A model generated the notes under the pieces. That model saw only the letters and a list, made by a program, of their open reading frames with translations. It was not told the origin of the DNA and made no database searches. This document shows, one piece after another, positions 42,890-52,335 of a stretch of 64,000 nucleotides of DNA (its first letter is position 1; every line of letters begins with the position of its first letter). This DNA is from an uncultured Chloroflexia bacterium. GTDB lineage: Bacteria; Chloroflexota; Dehalococcoidia; UBA2979. The stretch spans positions 960,001 through 1,024,000 of the forward strand of contig CAVSIV010000006.1 in the NCBI GenBank assembly GCA_963728205.1, given 5' to 3'. The translations under genes were made by a program, and so were the position numbers.

Positions 42890-44779
42890 TCAGGAGCCGC
42901 CGCCGAGGCGACCGAGCACCGACTCGATCACCTCGCGGTTCACGACCCAGCTCGCGGCCGCGTAGCTCACTACGCCGGCCAGCCCGCCGAGCACCACGAT
43001 GGCGAGCGCGCCGAGCGTCGAGCCGGCGTCGAGCCCGCGCGCGCCGAGCACGAGCCGCACGACGACGAGCACCTCGGCCATCACGGCGGTCGCGACCACG
43101 GTGCGGCTCATCGAGCGCCACACGCCGCGTGCGCCGAAGTGGCCGATGCGCTCGCGCAGCACGTAGGCGAGCATCGAGCACTCGAAGATCGCCGCGACCG
43201 AGGTGGCGCCGGCGAGCCCGCGCAGGCCCAGCGGCCGCACGAGCACGGCGCTCAGCACGAGGTTGAGCGCCATCGCCATCACCGACAGCTGCACGGGCGT
43301 CTTCGTGTCGGACAGCGCATAGAAGCCGCGGCTCAGGATCTCGATCCCGCTGTGCGCGGCGATGGCGATGGCGAACACCGTGAGCGCCTCGGTCACCAGC
43401 GCGGTCGACTCCGCGTCGAACGCGCCGTGCTGGAAGAGCAGTCGCACCGCCGGCTGCGCGAGCACGACGAGGCCGACCGACGCCGGCACGGCGAGGAAGA
43501 GGATCACGCGCAGCGCCGACGCGAGCGACTCGCGCAGCGGTCCCATCTGACCCGCGGCCGCCTGGCGGGAGAGCGTGGGGAAGGCCGCCGTCGAGATCGC
43601 CATGCCGACCACGCCGACCGGCATCATCATCACGAGGAACGCGAAGTTGATCGCGCTGATCGCGGCGTCCGAGATGAACGATGCGAAGAAAATCAGCACG
43701 AGGAAGTTGGCCTGTGTCGCGGCGAGCCCGATGACGCGCGGCCCCATCAGCCGCATGACGTCGCGCACGGCGCGCGAGCGGACCCCGAGCGAGCCGGTCC
43801 AGCGCATGCCGAGCAGGAACACGACCGGCACCTGCACCACGAGGTGCAGCGCGGAGCCGATCACGACGCCCCAGGCGAGCCCCCACACGCCGAGCGGCCC
43901 GCTCAGCAGCACCGCGCCGACGATGATCGACAGGTTGTAGAAGACCGGCGCGAGCGCCGGCGCGACGAAGTGCTGTCGCGCATTCAGGATGCCGGTCATC
44001 AGCCCGGAGATACCGAAGAACATCGGCGAGAGGAGCATGAAGCGAGTGAGCTTCACCGCGAGCGCGGTGAGCTCCGGCTGGCGGCCGGTCCCGTCGCCGA
44101 GCCCCGGGGCGAGCAGCGGGACGAGATGTGGCGCGAGCACGAACGCGACCAGCGCGAGGACGCCGGTGGCGATGCTGAGGAGGTTCAGGACGCTGGACGC
44201 GAGCCGCCACGCCCCCTCGTCGCCGCGCTCCAGCGAGACGCGGCTGAACACGGGGATGAATGCCGCGGAGACGGTGCCGCCGGCCAGCAGCTGGAAGACG
44301 AGGTCCGGCAGGCGGAAGGCGACGAAGTAGGCGGCGAGGTCCGGCTGCGTGCCGAACGCGTTCGCGATCGCGACCGAGCGGACGAGCCCCAGCAGGCGCG
44401 AGAGGATGAACCCGGCGGCGACGATGCCGGCGGCGCTCATCACGGTGCGGGTCTGCCACCCGCCGCGCGCCGCGTTGCCGAAGCGCAGGAAGCGCCCGAA
44501 GCCGGTCGCCGGCTCCCCGTCCTCCTCGCCGTCCGCACGCAGAGCGACCGCGCGTGTCACCCGCCCCGACGCCGGCCGTCCGGGCGGCCGGCGTCGGGGC
44601 GCCGGCGCGCGCTCCGCATCGTCGTCCGCGCAATCGCGCGGCACGAGCCACTCGTCGTCGTCGGGGTCGAAGAGCCCGGGGGGACGGCCGTCGCGCAGCA
44701 CGACGCGTCGCGCGGACGTCGCGTCGTCGTCGCGTCCGAAGAGGCGGCGCCAGAAGCCGCCGCGCCCGCGGTCAGCCAT
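42890..44779 (-). CDS. murJ: lipid II flippase MurJ
   Basis: ILSRLLGLVR, AFRLPD, SAAFIPVF, GFYALSDTKTP; start uncertain (long charged N-terminal extension). Confidence 0.93.
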   Translation of the reverse strand: MADRGRGGFWRRLFGRDDDATSARRVVLRDGRPPGLFDPDDDEWLVPRDCADDDAERAPAPRRRPPGRPASGRVTRAVALRADGEEDGEPATGFGRFLRFGNAARGGWQTRTVMSAAGIVAAGFILSRLLGLVRSVAIANAFGTQPDLAAYFVAFRLPDLVFQLLAGGTVSAAFIPVFSRVSLERGDEGAWRLASSVLNLLSIATGVLALVAFVLAPHLVPLLAPGLGDGTGRQPELTALAVKLTRFMLLSPMFFGISGLMTGILNARQHFVAPALAPVFYNLSIIVGAVLLSGPLGVWGLAWGVVIGSALHLVVQVPVVFLLGMRWTGSLGVRSRAVRDVMRLMGPRVIGLAATQANFLVLIFFASFISDAAISAINFAFLVMMMPVGVVGMAISTAAFPTLSRQAAAGQMGPLRESLASALRVILFLAVPASVGLVVLAQPAVRLLFQHGAFDAESTALVTEALTVFAIAIAAHSGIEILSRGFYALSDTKTPVQLSVMAMALNLVLSAVLVRPLGLRGLAGATSVAAIFECSMLAYVLRERIGHFGARGVWRSMSRTVVATAVMAEVLVVVRLVLGARGLDAGSTLGALAIVVLGGLAGVVSYAAASWVVNREVIESVLGRLGGGS

Positions 44780-44845
44780 GCGCCGCGACCCCGTCCGCCA
44801 CTCGGGCCGGCCGGCGCCGGAGCCGCGGGTGCCCGACGACGTCGT

Positions 44846-45607
44846 TCAGTTGCCGCTCCCCTTCGACACGAACAGGGTGACCACGTCATTCTCTCGCACG
44901 GTCGTACCCGGCGCGGGCGTCTGATCGAACACGACGCCGGCGGCCACCGACCCGTTGGTCGCGTCGATCGTGACGGGTTTCAGCTTCAGCTGCGTGATCA
45001 CGGCAACCGCCGAGTCGCCGTCGACGCCGGTGAAATCGGGAACCGTGCCGGGCGCGTAGGCCGGCACGGTCGCCGCGCCCGCAGCGCCGCGCGCGGACAC
45101 GGTCGCGGTGGGTGAAGACGGCGGTGCGCCGCCACCCCCGCCGCGCAGCCGCGGCGCCACGACGAGCAGCGTCAGCACGACGACCAGCACGGCCGCGCCC
45201 GCCGCGGCGATCGCGAGCGGCCGCGTCAGCGTGGGAAGCTCGACGCGCGGCGCAGTGCCGCCGGGACGGCGGAGCCCCGGCAGCGGCTCGAGGCCCAGCG
45301 GACGCGGGAGATCGTGCGGCACGGCGGCGGCGGCCGCGGCGGGATCGAGCCCGAGGTAGCGCGCGTACGACCGCATGAAGCCGCGCGCGTAGATCGGCGC
45401 GGGGAGCGACTCCCAGTCCTCGCGCTCCAGCGCTTCCAGGTAGAGCGGGTTGATGCGGATGTCGCGCTCGACGTCCTCCAGCGATAGTCCGCGCTCCCGG
45501 CGGCGAGCGGCGAGCTGGTCGCCGATCGCCGGACCGGCGTCCTCCGGGCGGCCGTCGTCGGGGGCCGGCGTTCGCGTTTCGCCCCGCAGGCGGCGCCACA
45601 CGGTCAT
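44846..45607 (-). CDS. RodZ-like HTH membrane protein with C-terminal PASTA domain
   Basis: GDQLAARRRERGLSLEDV...YLEALE...YARGFMRSYARYLGLD, TM helix, VPDFTG...VVFDQTPAPG...VTLFVSKG. Confidence 0.85.
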   Translation of the reverse strand: MTVWRRLRGETRTPAPDDGRPEDAGPAIGDQLAARRRERGLSLEDVERDIRINPLYLEALEREDWESLPAPIYARGFMRSYARYLGLDPAAAAAAVPHDLPRPLGLEPLPGLRRPGGTAPRVELPTLTRPLAIAAAGAAVLVVVLTLLVVAPRLRGGGGGAPPSSPTATVSARGAAGAATVPAYAPGTVPDFTGVDGDSAVAVITQLKLKPVTIDATNGSVAAGVVFDQTPAPGTTVRENDVVTLFVSKGSGN

Positions 45608-45668
45608 CGCAAACGCCGCCGGGCCGCGCGCACCGGGCGGCGCGTCGTGTGGGCCCCTCACGCGAGAG

Positions 45669-46718
45669 TCACGATCCCTGGTCGACACCGGGGAACGCGA
45701 CGAGCGACTTCAGGCCGTCCATCTCGAGCCGCGAGGTGTAGGCCTCCGGCGAGTGCTCGATGTCGTAGCGGTTCGTCACGACCTCGTCGATGTGCGGCAC
45801 CGAGCGCAGCAGCGCGAGCGTGCGCCGGTACTGGTCACTCGTGGCGTTCTGCGATCCGCTGAGGACGATCTCGCCGTAGTGGATCGTGTTCGGGTCGAAG
45901 GGCACGGACTGGTCGGGGGGGAAGCCCGCGAAGAGGTTGACCACCCCCTGCTTGCGCACGAGCTCGATCGCCCCGGGCACGAGCGCGGCGATGCCGACCG
46001 AGAGCACCACGGCGTCGGCGCCGTAACCCCCGCTGGCCGACCGCACGGCGCCGAGCACGTCGTCGCTGCCGGGATCGAGGACCAGGTCCGCGCCCCAGCG
46101 CCGGGCGATCTCGCGCCGCGCAGCGACGGGCTCGCTCACGATGATCGGGCCGGCGCCGAGCGCGCGCGCCATGATCAGGTGGAGCAGCCCCATCGGTCCC
46201 GCGCCGACAATCGCGAGCGAGGCGCCCGCGCCGACGGCGCAGAGCTCGAGCGAGTTGAGCACGCACGCGGAGGGCTCGGTGATCGCGGCCACGTCCAGCG
46301 GCAGGGCTGCGGGCACGGGGTAGACGTGGCCGAGCGAGACGATCGCGGCCGGCACGCGCAGCCACTCGGCGAAGCCGCCGTCGAGGTCGTAGCCGAGCGT
46401 CTGGCGATGCAGGCAGCGGTTGCGACGGCCGAGCTGGCAGAAGCGGCACTGGCCGCACGCGACGATCGGGCAGAGCACGACGCGGTCACCCGCGGCGACG
46501 CCGGTCACGCCTTCGCCGACCGTGTGCACGACCCCGGCAATCTCGTGGCCGGGAATCACCCCGGCGGCGGCGTGCTTCTCGCCGCGGAAGACGCGGATGT
46601 CGGAGGCGCAGAGCGCGGTGGCGGCGACGTGCAGGAGGATCTCGCCGGGGCCGGCGGACGGCTGCGGACGGTCTTCGACCGTGACCCGGCGGGGCTCGTG
46701 GAAGATGGTGGCGCGCAT
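45669..46718 (-). CDS. zinc-dependent alcohol/sugar dehydrogenase (MDR family)
   Basis: CASD, GHEIAG, CGQCRFC..G..NRC, GAGPMG. Confidence 0.92.
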   Translation of the reverse strand: MRATIFHEPRRVTVEDRPQPSAGPGEILLHVAATALCASDIRVFRGEKHAAAGVIPGHEIAGVVHTVGEGVTGVAAGDRVVLCPIVACGQCRFCQLGRRNRCLHRQTLGYDLDGGFAEWLRVPAAIVSLGHVYPVPAALPLDVAAITEPSACVLNSLELCAVGAGASLAIVGAGPMGLLHLIMARALGAGPIIVSEPVAARREIARRWGADLVLDPGSDDVLGAVRSASGGYGADAVVLSVGIAALVPGAIELVRKQGVVNLFAGFPPDQSVPFDPNTIHYGEIVLSGSQNATSDQYRRTLALLRSVPHIDEVVTNRYDIEHSPEAYTSRLEMDGLKSLVAFPGVDQGS

Positions 46719-46802
46719 GACCGAGGCCTCACATCGTGGCTGCGCGCAGTATGGCAGGACGGGCGCGGGCGCCGCCAGCGCGCCCGCGGCGTGCGAGGGC
46801 GG

Positions 46803-47072
46803 CTAGGCGGCGGCCTGCTTCGCCTTCAGCTGCTGCGCGAGGCGCGACTTCCGCCGGGCGGCGGCGTTCGGGTGAATGATCTTGCGCCGGGCGGCGCGGT
46901 CGAGCGCCGACTGCGCGGCGCGCACGAGCTCCAGCGCGTCGGCGTCGCCCGCCTGGATGGCGGCGCGCGCGGCCCGCACGGTGCGCGCGGCGCGCGTGCG
47001 GTACGGCTTGTTGCGCTCGGCGTGCGCCTCGTTCTGGCGGATGCGCTTGATCGCGGACTTGCTGTGAGCCAT
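46803..47072 (-). CDS. rpsT: 30S ribosomal protein S20
   Basis: MAHSKSAIKRIRQN...IIHPNAAARRKSRL. Confidence 0.96.
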   Translation of the reverse strand: MAHSKSAIKRIRQNEAHAERNKPYRTRAARTVRAARAAIQAGDADALELVRAAQSALDRAARRKIIHPNAAARRKSRLAQQLKAKQAAA

Positions 47073-47130
47073 CGGTCGGTTACCCCCTGCAGTCAGACGG
47101 AAATGGTACGGGGGGCGCCGGACAGCGTCT

Positions 47131-47331
47131 ATGCATGCGGTATCGTCGAGGCATGTTCTCGCCGAGCCGAGCGACCCCGACCTCCATGTCGACCCGGCGG
47201 GCTTCGCGGCAGCGAGCGCGGCCGACGCGAGGGCGATGCGACGGCTGCTCCAGGACTTCGCGTGCCTTGCCTCGCTGCCGTGGCGGGCCGCCCGCGCGGT
47301 GTGGCGCGCCGTCGCGGCGCGCGTCCGCTGA
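47131..47331 (+). CDS. possible small hypothetical protein
   Basis: fills the rpsT-rimO gap, amphipathic C-terminus; no clear RBS. Confidence 0.3.
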   Translation: MHAVSSRHVLAEPSDPDLHVDPAGFAAASAADARAMRRLLQDFACLASLPWRAARAVWRAVAARVR

Positions 47332-47387
47332 GAACGTCCGCTCACGACGTGTTGACGGCCACACGGCCCGCGCGCAGCCTGATCTGA

Positions 47388-48681
47388 ATGCGCTACCACC
47401 TCGTCACCCTCGGCTGCGCGAAGAACACCGTCGACTCCATGCGCCTCGAGCAGGCCCTGCGCGCCGGTCGCCACGTCGCGGTCGCGACGCCCGACGACGC
47501 CGACCTGCTGCTCGTGAACACCTGCGGCTTCATCGACGCCGCGAAGGACGAGTCGCTGGAGACGGTGCGCGCGCTCGACGCCTCCCGGCGGCCTGATCAG
47601 CAGCTCTACGTCGTCGGCTGCCTGACGCAGATCGCGGCCGACGAGGTCCGCGCGGCGGTCCCGACGGTGGACGCGACGTTCGGCGCCGAGCAGTGGGACG
47701 CGATCGCGGCGCAGCTCGGCCCGGCGACGGCGCACTTCGACATCCCCGACCGCGCGCTGCCGCAGTTCGGGCAGCCGAGCGCGTACCTGAAGATCTCGGA
47801 CGGCTGCGACCGGCCATGCACCTTCTGCGTGATCCCCGGCATCAAGGGGCGCATGCATTCGGACGCCACCTCGCGCCTCGTCGGCGAGGCGCGCATGTAC
47901 GCGGCCGCGGGCGCGAAGGAGCTGGTGCTCGTCGCACAGGATTCCACGGCGTACGGCGAGGATCGCGGCGAGCGCGACGGCCTCGCGCGGCTGCTCGAGG
48001 AGCTCGCCGAGGCCGTGCCGGGCGTGCCGTGGATCCGCCTGATGTACGCGTACCCGGGCCGCGTCAGCCGCACGCTCGCGGAGACGATGGCGCGGCTGCC
48101 GAACGTCGTCCCGTACCTGGACATGCCCCTACAGCACGGCTCAAACGCGGTGCTGCGCCGCATGAAGCGGCCGAGCCTGCGCGTCACCCGCGAGAGCCTC
48201 GACGCCATCCGCACGGCCATGCCGGACGTGGTGCTGCGCACGACGTTCATCGTGGGCTTCCCCGGCGAGACCGACGCGGAGTTCGAGGAGCTGATCGACT
48301 TCGTCGAGCGCGAGCGATTCGACCACGTCGGCGCGTTCACGTACTCGCCGCAGCCGGGCACGCCGGCCGGGACGATGGACGGCCAGGTGCCGGAGGACGT
48401 GAAGCAGGAGCGCTACGGCGCGCTGATGGAGCTCGCGCAGGAGATCTCGCTGGAGCGGAACCGCGCGATGGTCGGTCGCGAGGTCGACGTCCTGGTCGAG
48501 TCTGCGGAGCCCGCCGAGTCGCAGGCAGGCGGGCCCATCGTGGTCGGGCCGCACCTATCGCGACGCTCCTGAGGTCGACGGCATGGCGCTGCTCAAGGGC
48601 GAGTTCCCGGCCGGGACGATGACGCGCGCGCGGATCGCCGGCGCACTGCCGTACGACCTGCTCTGCGACCCGGTGTCGTAG
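47388..48681 (+). CDS. rimO: ribosomal protein S12 methylthiotransferase (+1 frameshift near 48547)
   Basis: TLGCAKNTVDS, NTCGFI, CDRPCTFC radical-SAM motif; TRAM end GRTYRDAPEVDG...YDL in the next frame. Confidence 0.92.
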
Positions 48682-48694
48682 AGCAGGTCGTACG
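48650..48694. repeat. 20-bp inverted repeat over rimO stop
   Basis: CGTACGACCTGCTCTGCGAC-ccggt-GTCGTAGAGCAGGTCGTACG (one G-U pair). Confidence 0.85.
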
Positions 48695-48902
48695 CACGGC
48701 ATCCTGGATAATGTTGACTGATTTAGTCACCTTTGATATCCTCGCGGCAGATCACGGTCCAGATCTCGAGGCTGCGCGCGATTGAGCGAGCCTCGGCGAA
48801 TCGGGCAGCCGAAGCGGCGTCACACGTCCTCCTGACCCCGGGTAGACCCCGATCTTTTCGCCAGGCCAGATTGTGACGGACCACGCTTAACTTGGATTTT
48901 AC

Positions 48903-48951
48903 GTGATTGTGAACACAATCACTTGCAATCCCCGGCCACCCGGCCGATACT
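48903..48951 (+). promoter_or_regulatory. palindromic operator plus sigma70 promoter
   Basis: GTGATTGTG-AA-CACAATCAC directly upstream of TTGCAA-N17-GATACT; includes CRP/FNR-like TGTGA-N6-TCACT. Confidence 0.65.
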
Positions 48952-49020
48952 CAACACAGTTCAGCGAGCGGTTCGTGGTCAAGGGCAGAGGCCCGGGCTA
49001 CGAAGAGAAGGAGCCCCAAC

Positions 49021-49149
49021 GTGAAGACCCAGGAGTACTACAGCCAGATCGTGACCCGCGGCCGCCGCGGCTCGCCGACCTTCCAGGAGGCCGAGCGCGA
49101 CCTGAAGTCCGCGGTCCAGACGCAAATCATCGGTTTCATGGGCTTCTAG
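49021..49149 (+). CDS. unannotated 42-aa small protein
   Basis: AAGGAG RBS, GTG start, MKTQEYYSQIVTRGRRGSPTFQEAERDLKSAVQTQIIGFMGF, strong GC3 bias, own terminator. Confidence 0.75.
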   Translation: MKTQEYYSQIVTRGRRGSPTFQEAERDLKSAVQTQIIGFMGF

Positions 49150-49193
49150 GCCCGACACAGCACGCAACGCGGCCCCCGCGGCCGCCTGCAATC

Positions 49194-49231
49194 AGGACGC
49201 GCCCGTCCCCTCCGGGCGCGTCCTTCTTTTT
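49194..49231 (+). terminator. intrinsic terminator
   Basis: AGGACGCGCCCG-N7-CGGGCGCGTCCT-TCTTTTT. Confidence 0.88.
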
Positions 49232-49280
49232 GCCCGCGCGGGCCCGTCGCTGCCCGGGTGCCCTGTCTCAAGGCCGGCAG

Positions 49281-49583
49281 CTATTCGACGTCCAGGTCCA
49301 TCTCGTCGACCTCTGTACCCACCACCTCCGCACGCCCGAGAAGCTCGCGGTCGACAAACCGCTGCACCTCGTCGACGGCGTGCCGCGCCGTCGCGCGGTC
49401 GCCGGAGACGACCGCGAAGCCGATGCGCGCAGCCTGCGGGCGGTCGAGCAGCCCCACCTCCGCTGCCGATACGGACATGCGTCCGCGCAGCCGCTCGACG
49501 AGCGACTTCACGATGGCGCGCTTCTCCTTGAGCGTCTGCGCAGCGGGGATGTGCAAGGTCAGTAGAACGCTGACCGTCGTCAT
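49281..49583 (-). CDS. DUF503 family protein
   Basis: LHIPAAQTLKEKRAIVKSLVERLR..MSVSAAEVG. Confidence 0.85.
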   Translation of the reverse strand: MTTVSVLLTLHIPAAQTLKEKRAIVKSLVERLRGRMSVSAAEVGLLDRPQAARIGFAVVSGDRATARHAVDEVQRFVDRELLGRAEVVGTEVDEMDLDVE

Positions 49584-49643
49584 GCCGTCGCGTTCGCGCC
49601 GGGTCACCGGGAACCCGCCGGAGCCGCGGAACCCGGGCGCCGG

Positions 49644-50711
49644 CTACGCGCCGGGGTCACGCTCGTCCGTCGCGTCCTCCTCGGTCGGCGGTTCCCCGGC
49701 GGCGGGGCGCCGTGACAGGATCGCGCCCGCCGTCTGCGAGAGCGCCTCCAGCTCCTCCGCCGGCGACGGCGCGGCCTCCATCGCCTCCACGTCGTCGTCG
49801 GTCTCGACTTCCGCGCCCGGCGCCGCGGCGCCTTCGGCATCGCCGGCCTCGCCGGCGCCGCCGGCATCGGCAACTGGCAATCCGAGCTGGGCGCCCGCCT
49901 CCTCGGCCGGCAGCTCGATGTCGGCCGGCAGCGGCGGGAGGTCATTCGGGCGCTCCAGCCCGAAGTGCTGCAGGAAGCGCTGCGTCGTCACCCAGAGCAC
50001 GGGGCGCCCCGGCCCCTCCGCTCGACCACCGTCGGCGACGAGGCCGCGGGCGCGCAGCGTGGCGATCGCGGCATCCGACGAGACGCCACGGATGAGCTCG
50101 ATCGTCCCGCGCGTGACGGGCTGCCGATACGCGACGATCGCCAGCGTCTCGAGCGCCGCGGTCGAGAGCCGCCGCGTCGCCTCGAGTCCCAGGAAGTACT
50201 CGACGTACGCCGCCGCCTCGGGCGCCGTCACCAGCTGCGCACCGTCGGGGCCGCGCTGCAGTCGCACGCCGCGCTCCGCGTCGCGCAACTGCTCCGCGAG
50301 CGCGTCGAGCGCGGCGTCGAGCCGGCGGCGCGTGATGCCGAGCGCCCGGCTCAACGCGCTCTCCTCGACGGCGCCGTCCGACACGAACAGCAGCGCTTCG
50401 AGGCGCGCCGGCAGATCGGCCTCGTCGGGCGTGGGGGGCGCGTCGCTCTCCCGGGCGGGACTCTCGTCGTCGTCGGGCGCCCCGGCAGCCGTCGGGGTGC
50501 TCTCGGCGTCGATCGCGTCCTCGGCAGCGGCCGCGCCTGCGCCTGCGGGGCCGGCCTCCCCGGCATCCCCGCGCGCGGTGTCGCCCCCGGCCTCCGCCAC
50601 CGGTGGCTGCGTCGCGTCGGTCGCCGCCGCCTCGTCCGGCCGGTCAGCCGGCGATGTCTCGATGTCGTCGGCCGCCGTCGTCCGGTCGTCCGCGGGGTGC
50701 TCCGAAGTCAT
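49644..50711 (-). CDS. scpB: SMC-Scp complex subunit ScpB
   Basis: LEALLFVS, LSTAALETLAIVAYRQPVTR, GPGRP..TTQRFLQHFGL; acidic disordered termini. Confidence 0.92.
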   Translation of the reverse strand: MTSEHPADDRTTAADDIETSPADRPDEAAATDATQPPVAEAGGDTARGDAGEAGPAGAGAAAAEDAIDAESTPTAAGAPDDDESPARESDAPPTPDEADLPARLEALLFVSDGAVEESALSRALGITRRRLDAALDALAEQLRDAERGVRLQRGPDGAQLVTAPEAAAYVEYFLGLEATRRLSTAALETLAIVAYRQPVTRGTIELIRGVSSDAAIATLRARGLVADGGRAEGPGRPVLWVTTQRFLQHFGLERPNDLPPLPADIELPAEEAGAQLGLPVADAGGAGEAGDAEGAAAPGAEVETDDDVEAMEAAPSPAEELEALSQTAGAILSRRPAAGEPPTEEDATDERDPGA

Positions 50712-51414
50712 GCGCGCGTCCCGCCCTCAGGTCCAGCTCGTCGTATCGCAGATCGAAGCGTGGCGGCCCCGCGAGGTCGAGCCCCAGCCGCCGGTACACG
50801 AGTTCCTCGACGGCATGGGTCGCGGCATCAATCGTGTCCTCGAGCCGCGCGTCCGGCGTCACGTCGAGCCGGGCGCTCACCCATACACCGCGACGATGCC
50901 GGTTCTCGACCTCCACGCTCGCCGCGACCAGGTCGGGCCGCTCAAGCAGCATCGCCTGCAAGCAGTCCTCGACCTCGCCAATCGCGATCCTGCCACGGCC
51001 GCCCGCCAGACGCACCGGTCGACGCGGCGCGGTCGCGCGCGCCCATGCCACGACGAACGCCAGCGCTGCACCGGCCGCCAGCACCACCGTGAGCGCCGCG
51101 CGCCCCGACCCGTCATCGCGGCTGCGCAGCCACGCGACCGCCGACGCCGCGGCGGCGAGCGCCGGCACGGACGCCGCCCACGTCACCGCCAGCGCGGCGG
51201 CGACCAACGCCGTCACGAGGAGCGGCCCGCGGAGCGCACCGGGCAGGGCTCGACGCCGGGCGGCCCCACGCGCGGCCGGCCGCGACGACAGGTCGCGCGG
51301 CCACGCCGGGACGGCCGCAAGCTCCGAGGCGTCGAACGCGGACGGCGAGAGCGCCGAGAGAGGCGCGTCGGCGGGTGCGGACGCGCGACGGTGGAAGACC
51401 GACGGTGTGGTCAT
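50644..51414 (-). CDS. membrane protein, AmaP/Asp23-anchor-like
   Basis: two TM helices followed by an Asp23-like soluble domain; family call tentative. Confidence 0.55.
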   Translation of the reverse strand: MTTPSVFHRRASAPADAPLSALSPSAFDASELAAVPAWPRDLSSRPAARGAARRRALPGALRGPLLVTALVAAALAVTWAASVPALAAAASAVAWLRSRDDGSGRAALTVVLAAGAALAFVVAWARATAPRRPVRLAGGRGRIAIGEVEDCLQAMLLERPDLVAASVEVENRHRRGVWVSARLDVTPDARLEDTIDAATHAVEELVYRRLGLDLAGPPRFDLRYDELDLRAGRAHDFGAPRGRPDDGGRRHRDIAG

Positions 51415-51563
51415 GCGCGGCTCCAGGGCCCAGCACGATGGCTCGCGGCCACCTCGCCACCCCGCCCTGGCGCGGTCGCGCGCTCGCGCGCGCGACGACC
51501 GTACGATGCCGCGCGACGGCCGCGTTGTCCAGCGTCGGCGGCCGAGCGGCGGCAGGAGGGAGC

Positions 51564-52124
51564 ATGCGGCTGTTCATCGCCCTCGACGTGCCGACGGCGT
51601 GGCGGAGCGCCGCGGCCGACGCGACGGCTGCGCTCGCGCGCTCGGCGCCGGACGTGCTGCGTGCCGTGGACCCGCACCTGATGCACCTCACGCTGCGATT
51701 CCTCGGCGAGGTCGATCCCGACGCCGTGCAGGCGCTCGGCGCGGCGCTCGACGCGCGCGTCCCTCCGGTCGACGTCACCCTGCGCCTGGGCGCCGCCGGG
51801 ACGTTCGGTCCGCCGGCTCGCGCCTCCGTCGCGTGGCTCGGCATCGGCGGCGACCGCGACGGGCTGGCGGCGCTGGCAAGGCGCGTCGAGGAGGCGGTCG
51901 TCGCCGCCGGCCTGCCCGCGGACGACCGGCCGTATCGACCCCACCTCACGCTCGCGCGCGTCGACCGGCGCGCCGTGGCGGCCGACCGGCGTGCCGTCGC
52001 CGCGGCGGCGGCCGCGCTGTCCGCGCCGGATGTCGAGCCGTTCCGGGCGCGCGAGGTCGTGCTGGTGCACTCGCGCCCGGGCGGGCCGCGGCCGCGCTAC
52101 ACGACGCTCTCGCGGCACGGCTGA
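51564..52124 (+). CDS. thpR: RNA 2',3'-cyclic phosphodiesterase
   Basis: MRLFIAL, HLTLRFLG and PHLTLAR 2H motifs; AGGAGG RBS. Confidence 0.92.
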   Translation: MRLFIALDVPTAWRSAAADATAALARSAPDVLRAVDPHLMHLTLRFLGEVDPDAVQALGAALDARVPPVDVTLRLGAAGTFGPPARASVAWLGIGGDRDGLAALARRVEEAVVAAGLPADDRPYRPHLTLARVDRRAVAADRRAVAAAAAALSAPDVEPFRAREVVLVHSRPGGPRPRYTTLSRHG

Positions 52125-52166
52125 GCAGACGCGAATCGCACCCTGTGCGCTCGGCGATTTCGGCGA

Positions 52167-52273
52167 TTGACGCGCTCGTTCGGCAGGTCTACCGTCGAGC
52201 GCAGAGGAGCTCCGCCATGGACCACCTCAGCCCGGATACGCATTGAAGACGCCGCGGACGACCGCGGCGTCTT
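52167..52273 (+). promoter_or_regulatory. promoter, uORF (MDHLSPDTH) and hairpin leader
   Basis: TTGACG-N17-TACCGT; AGAGGAG RBS; ATG 52217 to TGA 52246; 12-bp stem AAGACGCCGCGG/CCGCGGCGTCTT. Confidence 0.55.
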
Positions 52274-52335
52274 GCGTTGTGCCCGAGTTGCGACCTGTGG
52301 AATTCCCGGGGGCGGGGCAGGGGAGAGAGGGCTGA

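Noticed and set aside
41720-45115. Very long antisense or alternate-frame ORFs (1131 aa here; also 603-3170, 18585-21254, 49258-51681)
   Set aside because: Arg/Ala/Pro-rich shadows of real genes, expected at this GC content; no motifs.
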